From Callorhinchus milii (taxonomy: Eukaryota), in contig NW_024705480.1 in NCBI RefSeq assembly GCF_018977255.1, positions 1 to 41,112 of the forward strand: DNA of 41,112 nucleotides, given 5' to 3'. This document shows, one piece after another, positions 10,831 through 22,800 of the stretch; the stretch's first letter is position 1; each line of letters opens with the position of its first letter. The position numbers were made by a program, and so were the translations under genes. The notes under the pieces are model-generated. The model had not been told where the DNA came from. It saw only the letters and a list, made by a program, of their open reading frames with translations, and did no database searches.

Positions 10831-13800
10831 CTGTATTTCTCGGTGTTATTCTCACAGTCAATATCATCATAATCATAACCACACTGACTGGTGTCAACAG
10901 GAAACAGCGGGTCACTGTCTGTGTGGTGTCCACCCTCTGCAGAGAGAGCCATCATTTATTAGTAATTACATTCAGAAAGGTGTCACTGTGTGTCTGTGAG
11001 TATGTGTCTGCGTGTACGTTTGCGTGTCTGTGAATGTGTGTGTACGTGTGTCTATACGTGTTGTTGGAGTATTTGTCTATGAGTGTCTGTCTGTCTGTGA
11101 GTGTCTGTGTTGTTTTCCTTGTGTGTGTCTATGTGTGCGTGTGTCCGCCTGTGTCTGTATGTGTTTGCTTCGTGGGTGTCTGTGTATGTTTTGTGAGTAA
11201 CTCTGTGCCCGTGAGAGAGACACACACAGACTGGAGAGATAACCATCGTGTATTTGTGATTTTGTGTTTTACATCCATTACTACAATCAGAATATTCGAC
11301 ATTAGATGGGTTGGGTGATCAAGATGGAATTCCTCTTCACTTGTTAAATTTTAATGGGACAAATAATTTTGAAACAGTTATTTAAACAATTCATTGCAGT
11401 GGTGTAAAGGGTTATTTCATCAATGACATCATGATTGTGATTGACAAGACATAGAAACAAGGATATCTGTTTTCATCGGTAAGTCGCAGCAACATTTTTT
11501 TATGTGTCATTTTTGACATTACACAGCGGAACATTTTGCATGTAAAAACATTGACATTACAAGCAGCTTCGGAGTTGAATTGAGGAACCCGAGAAATATC
11601 CGTTTCAGATGTCACATCGACCCATAATTATTCTGCCTTTAGAAACCACAGCAAGGCCAAATATCTCCAGCTTCGCTATTAAGCCATTGGTGCAAACACA
11701 TATCAACCGCCACACATACAGTCACTACACTTAAGTGTCCGGGACGTCCTAACTTGAAAGGCACTGAACAATGTAATTTTGTTGTTGTCCTATGCCATTA
11801 CATTCTGTATGGAATGGAGATTGATGTAATTGCGATGTGATAATGATTTTCGCTCCCAGATGTGTTGCTGATTAAATATCTCCCGCAGTAAGTTAAGACA
11901 TGACAGTTCGGCTCTTACCCTGACAGAGCGAGGCTTCCTGGACAGTGTGACTGGTCAGTGCGGGGACATCAGGGTGTGTGTCAGTGACCAGGAGGAGGCC
12001 CCGGTCCGCCATCTGGAAGGTTCCGCCCTCAGCGTCGTCGTAATCTTCCTGAAGATGATCTGTTAACAGGGAGTCAGTCTTTCGCACTCAAACATTCAGA
12101 TGGAAAAAGGAGGCAGATATCATAATATTATACAGCACAGAAGGAGGCCATTCTGTCCATCTATTGAAAGTGCGACCAAAATTATTCCAAATCTTACGCG
12201 CTTCAAACAGCCCTTCAAATTTGTCTTCCCCAAATGACTATCCATATCCACCCAAATTTGGACACAGTGGTGCTCAACGTATCTTATGCCTGAACGAATG
12301 AAAAAATTCTGAATTTCTTTTTAGATACTTTATCTGAAGATTAAAGCTTGATTTACTGTGAAAACTGGATAAATTGGGAGCTCTTTCGCCTCTGGGTCAG
12401 AAGTTTCTGATTGTAATCCACTCGGGGACTAAGATCACACTCTGGATAACACTCCACAGCAGTACTGGGGGAGTGCAGTGCATTGAGCTCCGTTTGGAAG
12501 TATAGCTGGAATTTAAATATTGCAAATCTCAAAAGGGAAATAGTTCTTATACTGGAGGGTTGCTCCATATTCCTGATTACTGTGCATATTTTTGCGCACA
12601 AATTGCCTTTCCAGTTCATCAAGAGATACGCAATCACTAAAAATCACTGTAAACATATGGGAAGTGCTTTGAAACGTCTCGTCGAATTGATCAGAGGCTG
12701 TATCACATACAATAATTGTTTCACTCACTCACCATTCGGAAGAAACACCTCAGCGTTTCCTTGTTCTGCATCAGATCCATTCACACTCTCCCCAGTGTAG
12801 TACTCCAGTTTACTGGTAGAATCGTTGGACCCTGAAACTGAGCAAATAATGTCATTACTGTCCAGTTACGGAGTTTCTTAGAGTCTAATTCTATACCTAT
12901 ATCAATAAAGAAAGATGCCAAAACATTAGAATTTTTTTTCCAGAATCGTGGATCATTTTTCATGAATGAATATATGGTCAACCACTCAACAATATAATGT
13001 TGGTCATAACTGGTTAAATATTATCAACATGATCTTTTGAACACTGCCTCTGTTCAGGCTACAAATTACACATTTGACAACATGGTATTATTTTACATAT
13101 TCGATGGACTACAGACCGACAATACGCATCGCTTATATTAAATTCGGAAGCATTCATTTTGGTACGTTAATGAAGCCCAATATCTCATCGTTATTTTGCT
13201 TTATAATAAATTAACTGATTGAACTAAGTTCAATTGGTAAATGCAGAAATCATCGGTGATAATATTTGAAAATTGAAAGACCGAACAAATTGAAGTATTG
13301 AGTAGGTTTCATCTCTATTAAGTGGGTAAACTGATACAACGCAACTGGATGTGGATTTTTCAGTTCTCTGAATAAAAGCTTGAAATCCTATCCACAGCGC
13401 ATTCAATCATTTGCATTTGCCACCAATCGGGATACTAATGCTGATGTTTTTTGTACAATGATGCGGATGCAATAAATATGATTGTAAAGTATGTACCAGT
13501 GGAGTCAGCCTCGAAGTTTCTTCTTCTGATCGGCCGATCCTCAATTTCTTCATAAATTGCTTGATACAAACGAGCAGATGGATATTTTTCCTCTGTTGGA
13601 AGTTGACATGTACAGAAATTAAAATATTAACCTGAAATTGGACAGTGGAGTTTGAAATTGATGTGTAAATATTTGGAACATGTTACGTTAGTATTATTAT
13701 TTGAAAATATCAATATATCATCGTCACTATTGCCTCATTATTCATCAGTGTACTTGTTTTTGTCAGTGTTTGTTTCAATCGTTAAATACGACTGTGCATT

Positions 13801-16800
13801 TGTATTTAGGTACCTACAGATATCTACTTAGCTCTGTGTGTTGGTGTGTTAATACAACTGTGTATATGTGATGCTTTGGGTATCTACGTTTTTGTGTGAG
13901 TTTACCTACTTTTTTTNGTGTCCTTTACGAAAAATATGTTATTGCGCTCAGTTTACGTTGAGGCCTAATTGTGTCTGGTGGGTTTCTTTATGCATCTGTG
14001 GTTGTGTTTGAGCTACGCATTTGAACGTATATGACTTTAATTTTAGTTTGTGCAACTTTACAGATACATGTGAACACAGCCATGAAATCGAGACGGTAAA
14101 AACAGGTAAGAGTATTAAGTTAACAAAAGAGACATGTGTATCAACAGGATTTTATCTGAATTGATAACGGAGCTCCAGGCAGTGCTGTGAGATCAGAGTC
14201 CAGTCTCACCTCTTCCTGAAGAATTACTGTCCATCTGTACAATCAGTGCAAACAGTACCACCGCTAACAGGATTCCAAGGACGATGCAGACCACGAAAGG
14301 TATGTTGACCAACTGGACTTTGCAAATCAAGGACATAACATTTGTTATTTTATTGTTGTACAACATGTGGTAGTCACACGTTCGAAACTGTAAAGAAAAA
14401 TGCTTCACACTAAACTGAATGTTATCTGAAGCAAATTATTGCACAGTGTATGATATGTTGCACAGTGTACTCAGAATAATGCCCAAACTATCTCAATAAT
14501 TGTCCTGATGCAGCTCTTTTCCTGAAGTTAAACGCCTGTTAATTTCTAAAATGTAGTTATACAGTCTGTTCATTTCTCAAGTGTTGACTACTGAAAGGTT
14601 AGTTGACAAATATACTGGTTTGGATATATTAATGTTTTTACGAATGAATGGCAATACCTGGTGGTAATATGTAGGAAAGCTAAGCAATGTGTTAGCAAGA
14701 AGTCAAGTATTTATGTTATTTACCAAAGGATGCGGTTGGGATTGGCGGTCTTGGAGGTTTACCTGCAAAACATCGCAAACACCATAAATCCAGTAACCAT
14801 TCAATTTCTGGCTTCAAATGAAGTCAGAATTAATCTGCTTTTGTTGAGAAAAATTTAAAAAACCTCAAGTTTGTCGATGAGCATTGAGAGATCGGATCCC
14901 TACCGGAGCAAACCACACCGGCGTCTTCTTTGTGAACGCAGTCGCTGCGACCCGCGGATGCGGAGACGCAATCCCACAGAAAGGATTCGCTTCCTCTGCA
15001 GTGAAGCTCGTCCAGCCATATCTGACCAGCGCCTTGTCCGAACCCCGCCTGTCCCACAGCCCGCACGGCCGGGCCGCAGTCCAGCTGTCCGCACACCACA
15101 CTGGCCTCTCGGATATCCCAGGAGTCGTCACACACCGTCCCCCACGTCTTATTGCTCAGTATCTCAACTCTCCCCGAGCAAATGCTGCTTCCTCCAACCA
15201 ACCGCAACTCCTGTCCTGATCATACAATATTCATAACACCACTGTCAATTACTCACACACTAAAATACGCATTGATCCACATTACTATCAACTGTATAAA
15301 TACAGTTTATAGTAATAACTATTATTTATCGTGTTATTTATGGCATCAGATTAATTATCCCATATCAATAAGCCTTCACAAACGATAGTAATAATAATAA
15401 TTTGACGACTGTTTTTGGGGACATTGCTGCGCGAATTTCGCTGAAAACAAATGTATATGTATATATATATATTCCTCATTTCAATCCATGACTGTTTGTG
15501 AGATATTGAAGTGTACTATTCACTGCCGCTTTTCGCTCTCAAATATACAGTCATTTACTTTCCAGTGTATTGTGTGAAGCGCTTTTCCTTGTCTAGAAGA
15601 CGTGAAAATTGCAAGGATTATTATTATTATTATTGTTATTATTATGAAGTCGATGCACCATAATTTAGATACTGTGAAGCGCATTTCGAAATACTCCTGA
15701 TCTGAGTGTTTTCATGTCATATACAGGTTCTACCTGTATTGATTTATTTTTCATTCAGTACCTGATAAATAATGCTGATCAGGTGAGCTTCCAGGGCACT
15801 GTTTCACACCATCTGTTTTTTTCGGAGATTTCTCTGCATGAAATATATCTTTAGAATTAAAATGTTTCAAATATAAACACAATAAATATTAACTCCGAAA
15901 TGTGCATTTAGGAGCATGTTGTTACCTGAACAAATGACACCCACATCTTCCCGATGATCACAGTTATGTTCACCCCAAGGTGGCGAGGAACACTGCCACA
16001 GGAAGGATTCGTTTGAGTTACACGCTATGTCATCCAACCAAATAGGTCCAGATCCTTCGCCAAATTTACGACGATGATCAACATCCAGAGCTCGGCCACA
16101 ATCTAACTGTTTGCAGATCACCTCAGCAGCCTCGAGTCCCATCAATTCAATTCCCATGACGTCCGAGCAGACTGTGCCCCAGGTCTCATTGTAAAACACT
16201 TCCACTCTCCCCTCACAGGAGTGCTGTCCATTCATCAGCCGCAGCATCTTGTGCTCTGTGGACCAATATTGACTTCTATCATTAATATTTTCGATACAGT
16301 TGACCAGAGGTGATCCTCTCTTTTTCAGACTCCGCCACTGTAAAGCATTCCAGGACGATACCACATGTGATGATGCTATAGAGTGGCAAATATTCGTTGT
16401 GGCTCTACACGTTTTATTTCGTGTGGAGCAGCGTTTTTTTGCATAAAATGTGTCATTTATGCTGGAACAAGTTAGTATAATTTGTCACATTATAATAGTC
16501 CTTTCCAATATTATCAATTGATAATAATCCTTATATCTGATTACAAAAAGCGATGGAGTTGATACCTCTCAACCGCACCATAGCTAACTTACTTTTTGCA
16601 GGGATTTGTTTTCTGTGGTGAGGGAATATGTAGTCATATTCTGCAATGCAATCTCCCAGAATCAAATCGCCATGTATGCTCTGGAGGATTATTGGCCAAT
16701 ATATAACGATGAACTCTATTGTGACCTGAACAAGTAGTGATAGCCTCGAGAGGATTTCCTCCTGTACGAAATTGTCAGCCTTTACCTTGATTACCCTATG

Positions 16801-19800
16801 TGAGTGAACCCCACTTACATCTGACTCATCGGTTAGAGCGCTGATAACAGAACCAGACTGATATGCTCTCAGTTGAATGTGATGGTGAAACACAAGGTGT
16901 TGTCATCTCTTACCTGAACACACAATGCTCACATCTTCTTTATGACCACAGTCGTGCTGCCCCCATGGAGACGAGGCACATTCCCAGAGAGCTGATTCCT
17001 TTCCTGAGCATCTCACCTCATCCAACCAAACTTGTCCTGAGGCGCTCCCACAAGGGGCAGCAGATATTGCATCAACTGCAGATCCACATCCGAGCTGCTT
17101 ACACACAACATCCGCCTCAAGTGATCCCCAGGAGTCATCACACACCGTCCCCCAGGTTTCATTGTAGTAAATCTCCACTCTCCCAGCACACGAACTCCCA
17201 CCGTCCATCAGTCTGATGTGAGTATCCTCTGTTGAGCACCAACAACATTTTATTTAATGAAAGCATTCATCAGTCTGATCTGATCAACTTCTGTTGGTAA
17301 TGAACAAAATTTATTTCAAGGTATAGCATGCAGCATTTTATGGAGTATAAAATAATGATCAAGTGAGTCGAGGAATGATGTGCTGAGTAGCTAATAATAC
17401 ATCAAATTATCAGTCAACTGCCACATCTTTTTCAGTCAAGTATAACGTGGCACTACTATCGCACATTGCACACAAACAACCTCATAATAGAAAATACTCA
17501 AATGCGAATTACAGTTAAATAACTTCAATAGTAACCCCTCGTGTTTGTTGTAGCAGCATAACACATGTTCCAAGCGTCTCAAAAGGCTTTAAGGTATATA
17601 ATGTAATGAGATTTCCATGCATTTTTTTTGTACGAAATGCGGCAACCAATTGCACACAACGGTGCTCCACAGAGAGTCGCGTATTGAGTGATCAAATGAT
17701 TATTATATTGCTTACTTGTTTATTGGAGAGATTATCCCCCCAAAAAAAATGCCACCAGGCCATCGAGTACCATTCCACTAGAAGTTTAAATCTAGCGGTG
17801 AAATTTAAAATATTGATAATCGATCACTCACTTGAACACTGAACTCCAACATCACTCATGTTCTCAGTTGATTGGTTTCGCCTGGACGGTTTGCACTTCA
17901 AAAGATTCGTCTCATTTCCTTGACAGTGAACATATTTCAGCCATGGGGACCGTTCACCTTCTCTGTGCACCGGGGAGTTATAGGCTCTTATGGCAGGACC
18001 ACAGCCCATCTGTCTGCAAACCACCTTCGTGTCATTTAAATCCCAGAACTGATCCCGCACTCTCCTCCAGTCTCCATGGCGGTAAACCTCCACTGTTCCA
18101 GAGCAGGAACTGCCATCATCCACCAGTCTGAGCTGTTTGTGATCTGTTTCAAAGTGAAGGAAAACTACAGGTTTCCAATTGGGAAAACTTATCGTTTGCG
18201 TTTCAGTATTTTGCTTGAAATGAAAAGTTATTCAATCTGTTGAGTGTGAATGAACCTTCATTATTTATTAACGGCCATTTTCTTGGCACAGCACAGGATC
18301 CACAACACGTGAGGAATCATTCAATGATATGGGGCGTTTCTACATCATTGGATGAACAGAAACTCCCAAAAGGAAGGAATGTTGTAAGATATTTCACAAA
18401 GCGATATTGAAATTTGCATTGATTTTTATTATTCATCGGTAAAGTGCACTCACCCGAACAAACAACTCCCACATCCCGGCTGGTCCTGGAGGTTGAAGCC
18501 ACTGTGGAAAGTGGGCAGTTCCAGATATGTGTCTCGTTTCCAACACACTGAACATTATTGAGCCACACAGGTCCAGTGCCTTCCCCGTACTGGGAAGAGT
18601 TGTAGACAGAAATAGCAGAGCCACAGTTCAGCTGTCGGCAGATGACATCGCCATCTGATATATTCCAGGAATCGTCCAGCAATCTGCCCCAAGTGCCGTT
18701 ATGATAAATCTCCACTCGCCCATCACAGCGGCTCCCACCGCTCTCTAACCGCAAGTGCCACTGTGTACCTGCAACGATTTCAATCAATACATTCACAATC
18801 AAAACGTGTGAGAGCTGAAATGAAGATAAACATAGCTTTATCGAATTACAAACTGACAGTTCCAAAGTTACAATGTACCTAACAGTGTCCTACAAAGCTC
18901 TATAATAATGCAGAAAATATAACTATTCGTAGACTGCCATGTTAGCACTGACTAAATTTACACATATATATTGCCCACCAGCGCAGTAACCCAGTGTAAT
19001 GCACAAAATAGAGTATGACGACAAGAACCGTTAACTGTACGGATTATTGGAAAAACTGATTGCAATTGTAGAAGTAAAGCATTATCGACACAGTCTGAAA
19101 ACCGGAGGGTGTTCCTCGTCAGCACAGCGCTACAATATGGGAGTGAGAGGTAACCGCTGTGGCTCAGGAATCTACGCTACTCCGCTCTCGTTGCGAATAA
19201 TACAATTAATGTATTTTTACCGATTCAAGCTTTACTGGTTTATTTTGAAAATCCAAGGAAGACAGGAATTTGTTTTTTTTTGCTGAGTTTTAGCGTTTCA
19301 GATTGTTCTCATCTCTGACAACTAATGAAAACTCATCACAAATGTTACTATTATATTATATCAAATTCTCCAAAGCGTGTTATTGTCGAAATTTTTTTTG
19401 GCTTCGGTTAGAAAGAGCATGTCTCAGCTGTTTTTGTGGATAATGATTATTTTGCTTACAAAATAACCAGTGACTACACTTTACATTATACTCTTTCAAG
19501 CGCTTTGAGTCGCCTCAATGACGTCGTAAGGAATTATCTCAAATGTAAGGATTATCACTATTTCACTCACCCGAACATACAACACAAACGTCATTGTCAT
19601 GTGTGCAGCTGAAGATGTCCCAGAATGACACAGGACAGTCCAACACTCGGGACTCGTTACCAACACAGTTAAAGTCAGTTTTCCAGATAAGACCTGTTTC
19701 ATTTCCAAACTGTGCTCCAGGACCAGATGACAAAGCGAAACCACAATCCAATTGCCTACACAGCACATCGGCGTCCTGTAAATCCCAATAATAATCGCAG

Positions 19801-22800
19801 ACGGTTCCTGATCTATAATATCGCTGCAACTCAACTCTGCCAGAACAGCTGTTATTTCCACCGATTAATCTTATTGAATGATGTTCTGTAATCGAACAAT
19901 CAAAGCAATATGAATTACTAATAACCAAATGAATCTCGATAAGCAATCAGTGATTGACAGAATCATTATTAGTGGAAAGCGAACAGGCGAAAACTGAAAC
20001 AATGAACAGAAATGTAGAGTCGGCAATGTACGATTAGTTTCGTGCCAGGGGACTCAGACAATGTGGAGTAATATGAATATATCTCTAAGTGTTTTGTGCG
20101 TTTTGAAAACAATACAATATACGAATATTTCGCACCTCACACGTTAGAATGACGTCCCAACATGTTTAATAGTACCTGTTGTGTGCGGCTCTGAGAGGAT
20201 GAGGACGGGAATGACAGCGCTTGCTGTGTGAAGGGGAGTCTGAGAGGGTGAGCAGTGACAGTATCTGCTGTGTAAATGATAAGAGGATGAGGAGGAGAAT
20301 GACAGTATGCTGTGTTATGGTGGTCTGAGAGTGTAAGGAGCGACAGAAGGATGTGATCATGAATGCTGAAACACGAGTTGTTTTCTTTGCACAGTGGTAT
20401 GTGCTGGTGCTGTCGCCCATCCCGATTTTCACCAGTGGCTTTTCATTTAAAAAGTAATCTAAGAATCAAATATTAGAGCTCAATATTTTTCTTAACGCTG
20501 CAACGTGCGTTGAGACTTTAGCGAAGGCTGTACCTGAACAGATCACACCAGCGTCTCTCTGGTGCCCGCAGTCAGGCCGACCAATAACAGTCCCCGATCC
20601 TTCCCCAAAGTGAGCGTCGCCGGACACTGATGCAGCAAATCCACATCCCAAATGCTTACAAATCTCTTCTGCCATCTCTTGGCTCAGGTGATTCCCACAA
20701 ACTGTCCCCCAAGCGACCGTGTTGTACAATTCCACTCTGCCCGCACAGCGGCTGCTTCCATTCACCAGTCTGGGGGTCTTACCTCCTGCCAATTATATCA
20801 GATTGATCATCCTCAGGGATGTTATATATTTTCAACTGCAATAAAACAATAACCAAAACTTGCATTTATATCGCCAATATAATGATATAGCGCCCCTCAC
20901 CGACAGGAGTGGCCAAGAGCGCTTATCAATCCCATATTATCGTAGCTTTTTTGGGGAAGAGCTTGGTGAGGCTAGCATTTTTACGTGTTAAGGTTAAAGT
21001 AAGGGCTGAAGAGATGTTTGTAGGAAACAAAAGGAAATGTATTGATTTCGTAACACAAAAATGAAAAAAATATTGCTCGTCAACACTGTCTATCAACGCA
21101 TTCGCTTGTGGCAGCATCTTGGAATGATGATGATTTAAAATTCACGGATAGTTCCTGATAAAAGGCCTTTCGCTTCGGTGTGACATCTAATAGCACTGTT
21201 CAGGGTTCATTATCAGATTCAATGATACTTTATTAAAGTGATTTTTTGCCAAATTTCAAAATGTGTCACCAATGAAGGTATAAGGAGGGGTCGGGGCACT
21301 GAGGAGAACAGCATGACCTTAAGCGTCAGGAGGAAAAGCCGTTTGAGTTCAGATAATAAACACATATTATCCAGCACATAGTTACATAAAGTTTGAAAAT
21401 TAATTTGTTTACCTTTTGCAACTGTAATTTCACACTGTAAACATCCTCAAAGTTGATGTCGCGCCATTTGCGACAGGAGAACGTCTCAAACCTCTTCACA
21501 AGGTCTGCTATCAAGTTTACTGACTACATATTTTCTGAGACAGCTCGAGATTTGTAAAATTCTTTAAATTAAAACAACAATTTGAAATTGTTTAACTTGT
21601 CTCGGACCGGTTAACAGTGGCTGACGCCGAATTGGGGGTGGGTGGGAGAGGGGGGGAGTGGGTGGAGGAGAAGGTGGGGTGGAGTTACATTGTGATTTCC
21701 CAAAGGAGAGATTTTATAGTACTAACCTGTCATAATGTGGAATACAATCTCTTTCAGTGTTTCTCAAACTGTGGTTTACCGGACACATGAGGATTGAAAA
21801 AAATGATGGGAGACTGAAAATTATTTACCTGAGCAGATGACGCCGACATCATAGGAGTGTGACCAGGAATAGTGACTCCAGGACTGTGACTGACAATCCC
21901 TCAGAGTAGACTCACTCCCTCTGCACCGAACATACGCGGTCACAACGGGACCTGAGCCTTCGCCAAAGTGAGCGTCTCCTGATGCTGACAGCGCGGCTCC
22001 ACAGCCCAACTCCTTACACACCACAGCCGCGTCCGCCATATCCCAACCACGGTCACCAGAGCCATAGCCAGACACTGTGACCCACTGCCCATCGTGGTAA
22101 ACCTCCACTCTCCCGGCACACGGGCTGCCGCCATTCACCAGCCTCAAGTGATCTGCAAGTAACATCACCAACAACATGCCTTTGTATTTGATTTCCAGTC
22201 GCGCAGGATCGTCATAATTATAATAATAATATTTGTACTCAATCGGAGGCGCCCTGAGTCGCCGTCCGGCGTTGAGATCGCTATATGAATCCGAGTTGTT
22301 TTTGTTGCAGCTGTTGCATTTGCCTACACAGTCATTGCTCCTTACAGTAAATTTTGTGAAGCGCTGGAAGAGTTGTGCGGGTTGTGTCAGTATATGTAAT
22401 CGATGGTGGGACTTGAACGATGGTTTTCAGAGAATGATAGAGTTAAAGTTGCTGCACATTCCACGTGTCCTCACATTTCAGGTGACATTGATAGGCTCAG
22501 AGGGATGTGGGGCAATAATAATTGACACAAGACGAAAGTTAAATGTGGACTGGAATCGAGGTGTGGATATTTGGATGGGAGAACAGGGTGGAGAGGCGTG
22601 TGAATCAAGAGACGATTTGAAGCACAGACCGATGTTACTAAAGTTGTATTACTTAAGTTTGTTTAAATAGGGGATTACATATGGTGTAGAAAGAGGGATC
22701 GGGGAGCAAATGCTTTAGCTTCCATTTACAGGGAAACATCAGTCAATACGTATTAAAGTTGTAATGGTTAGATGGAAGACACGAATCGCCTTGAGTGTTC

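Noticed and set aside
14318..14408. Longer TM exon using the tttacag acceptor near 14388
   Set aside because: In the phase 1 required by the stalk exon it hits a stop (GTG TGA). The aag acceptor at 14318 keeps the frame.
14871..15236. Plus-strand ORFs overlapping SRCR exons (also 16863-17216, 17832-18131)
   Set aside because: Antisense shadows of GC-rich coding exons.
22390..22640. 145-aa ORF 22233-22670 as a gene
   Set aside because: Looks like SINE plus decayed CR1-like RT debris (GDIDRL...KLNV); too degraded to annotate confidently.
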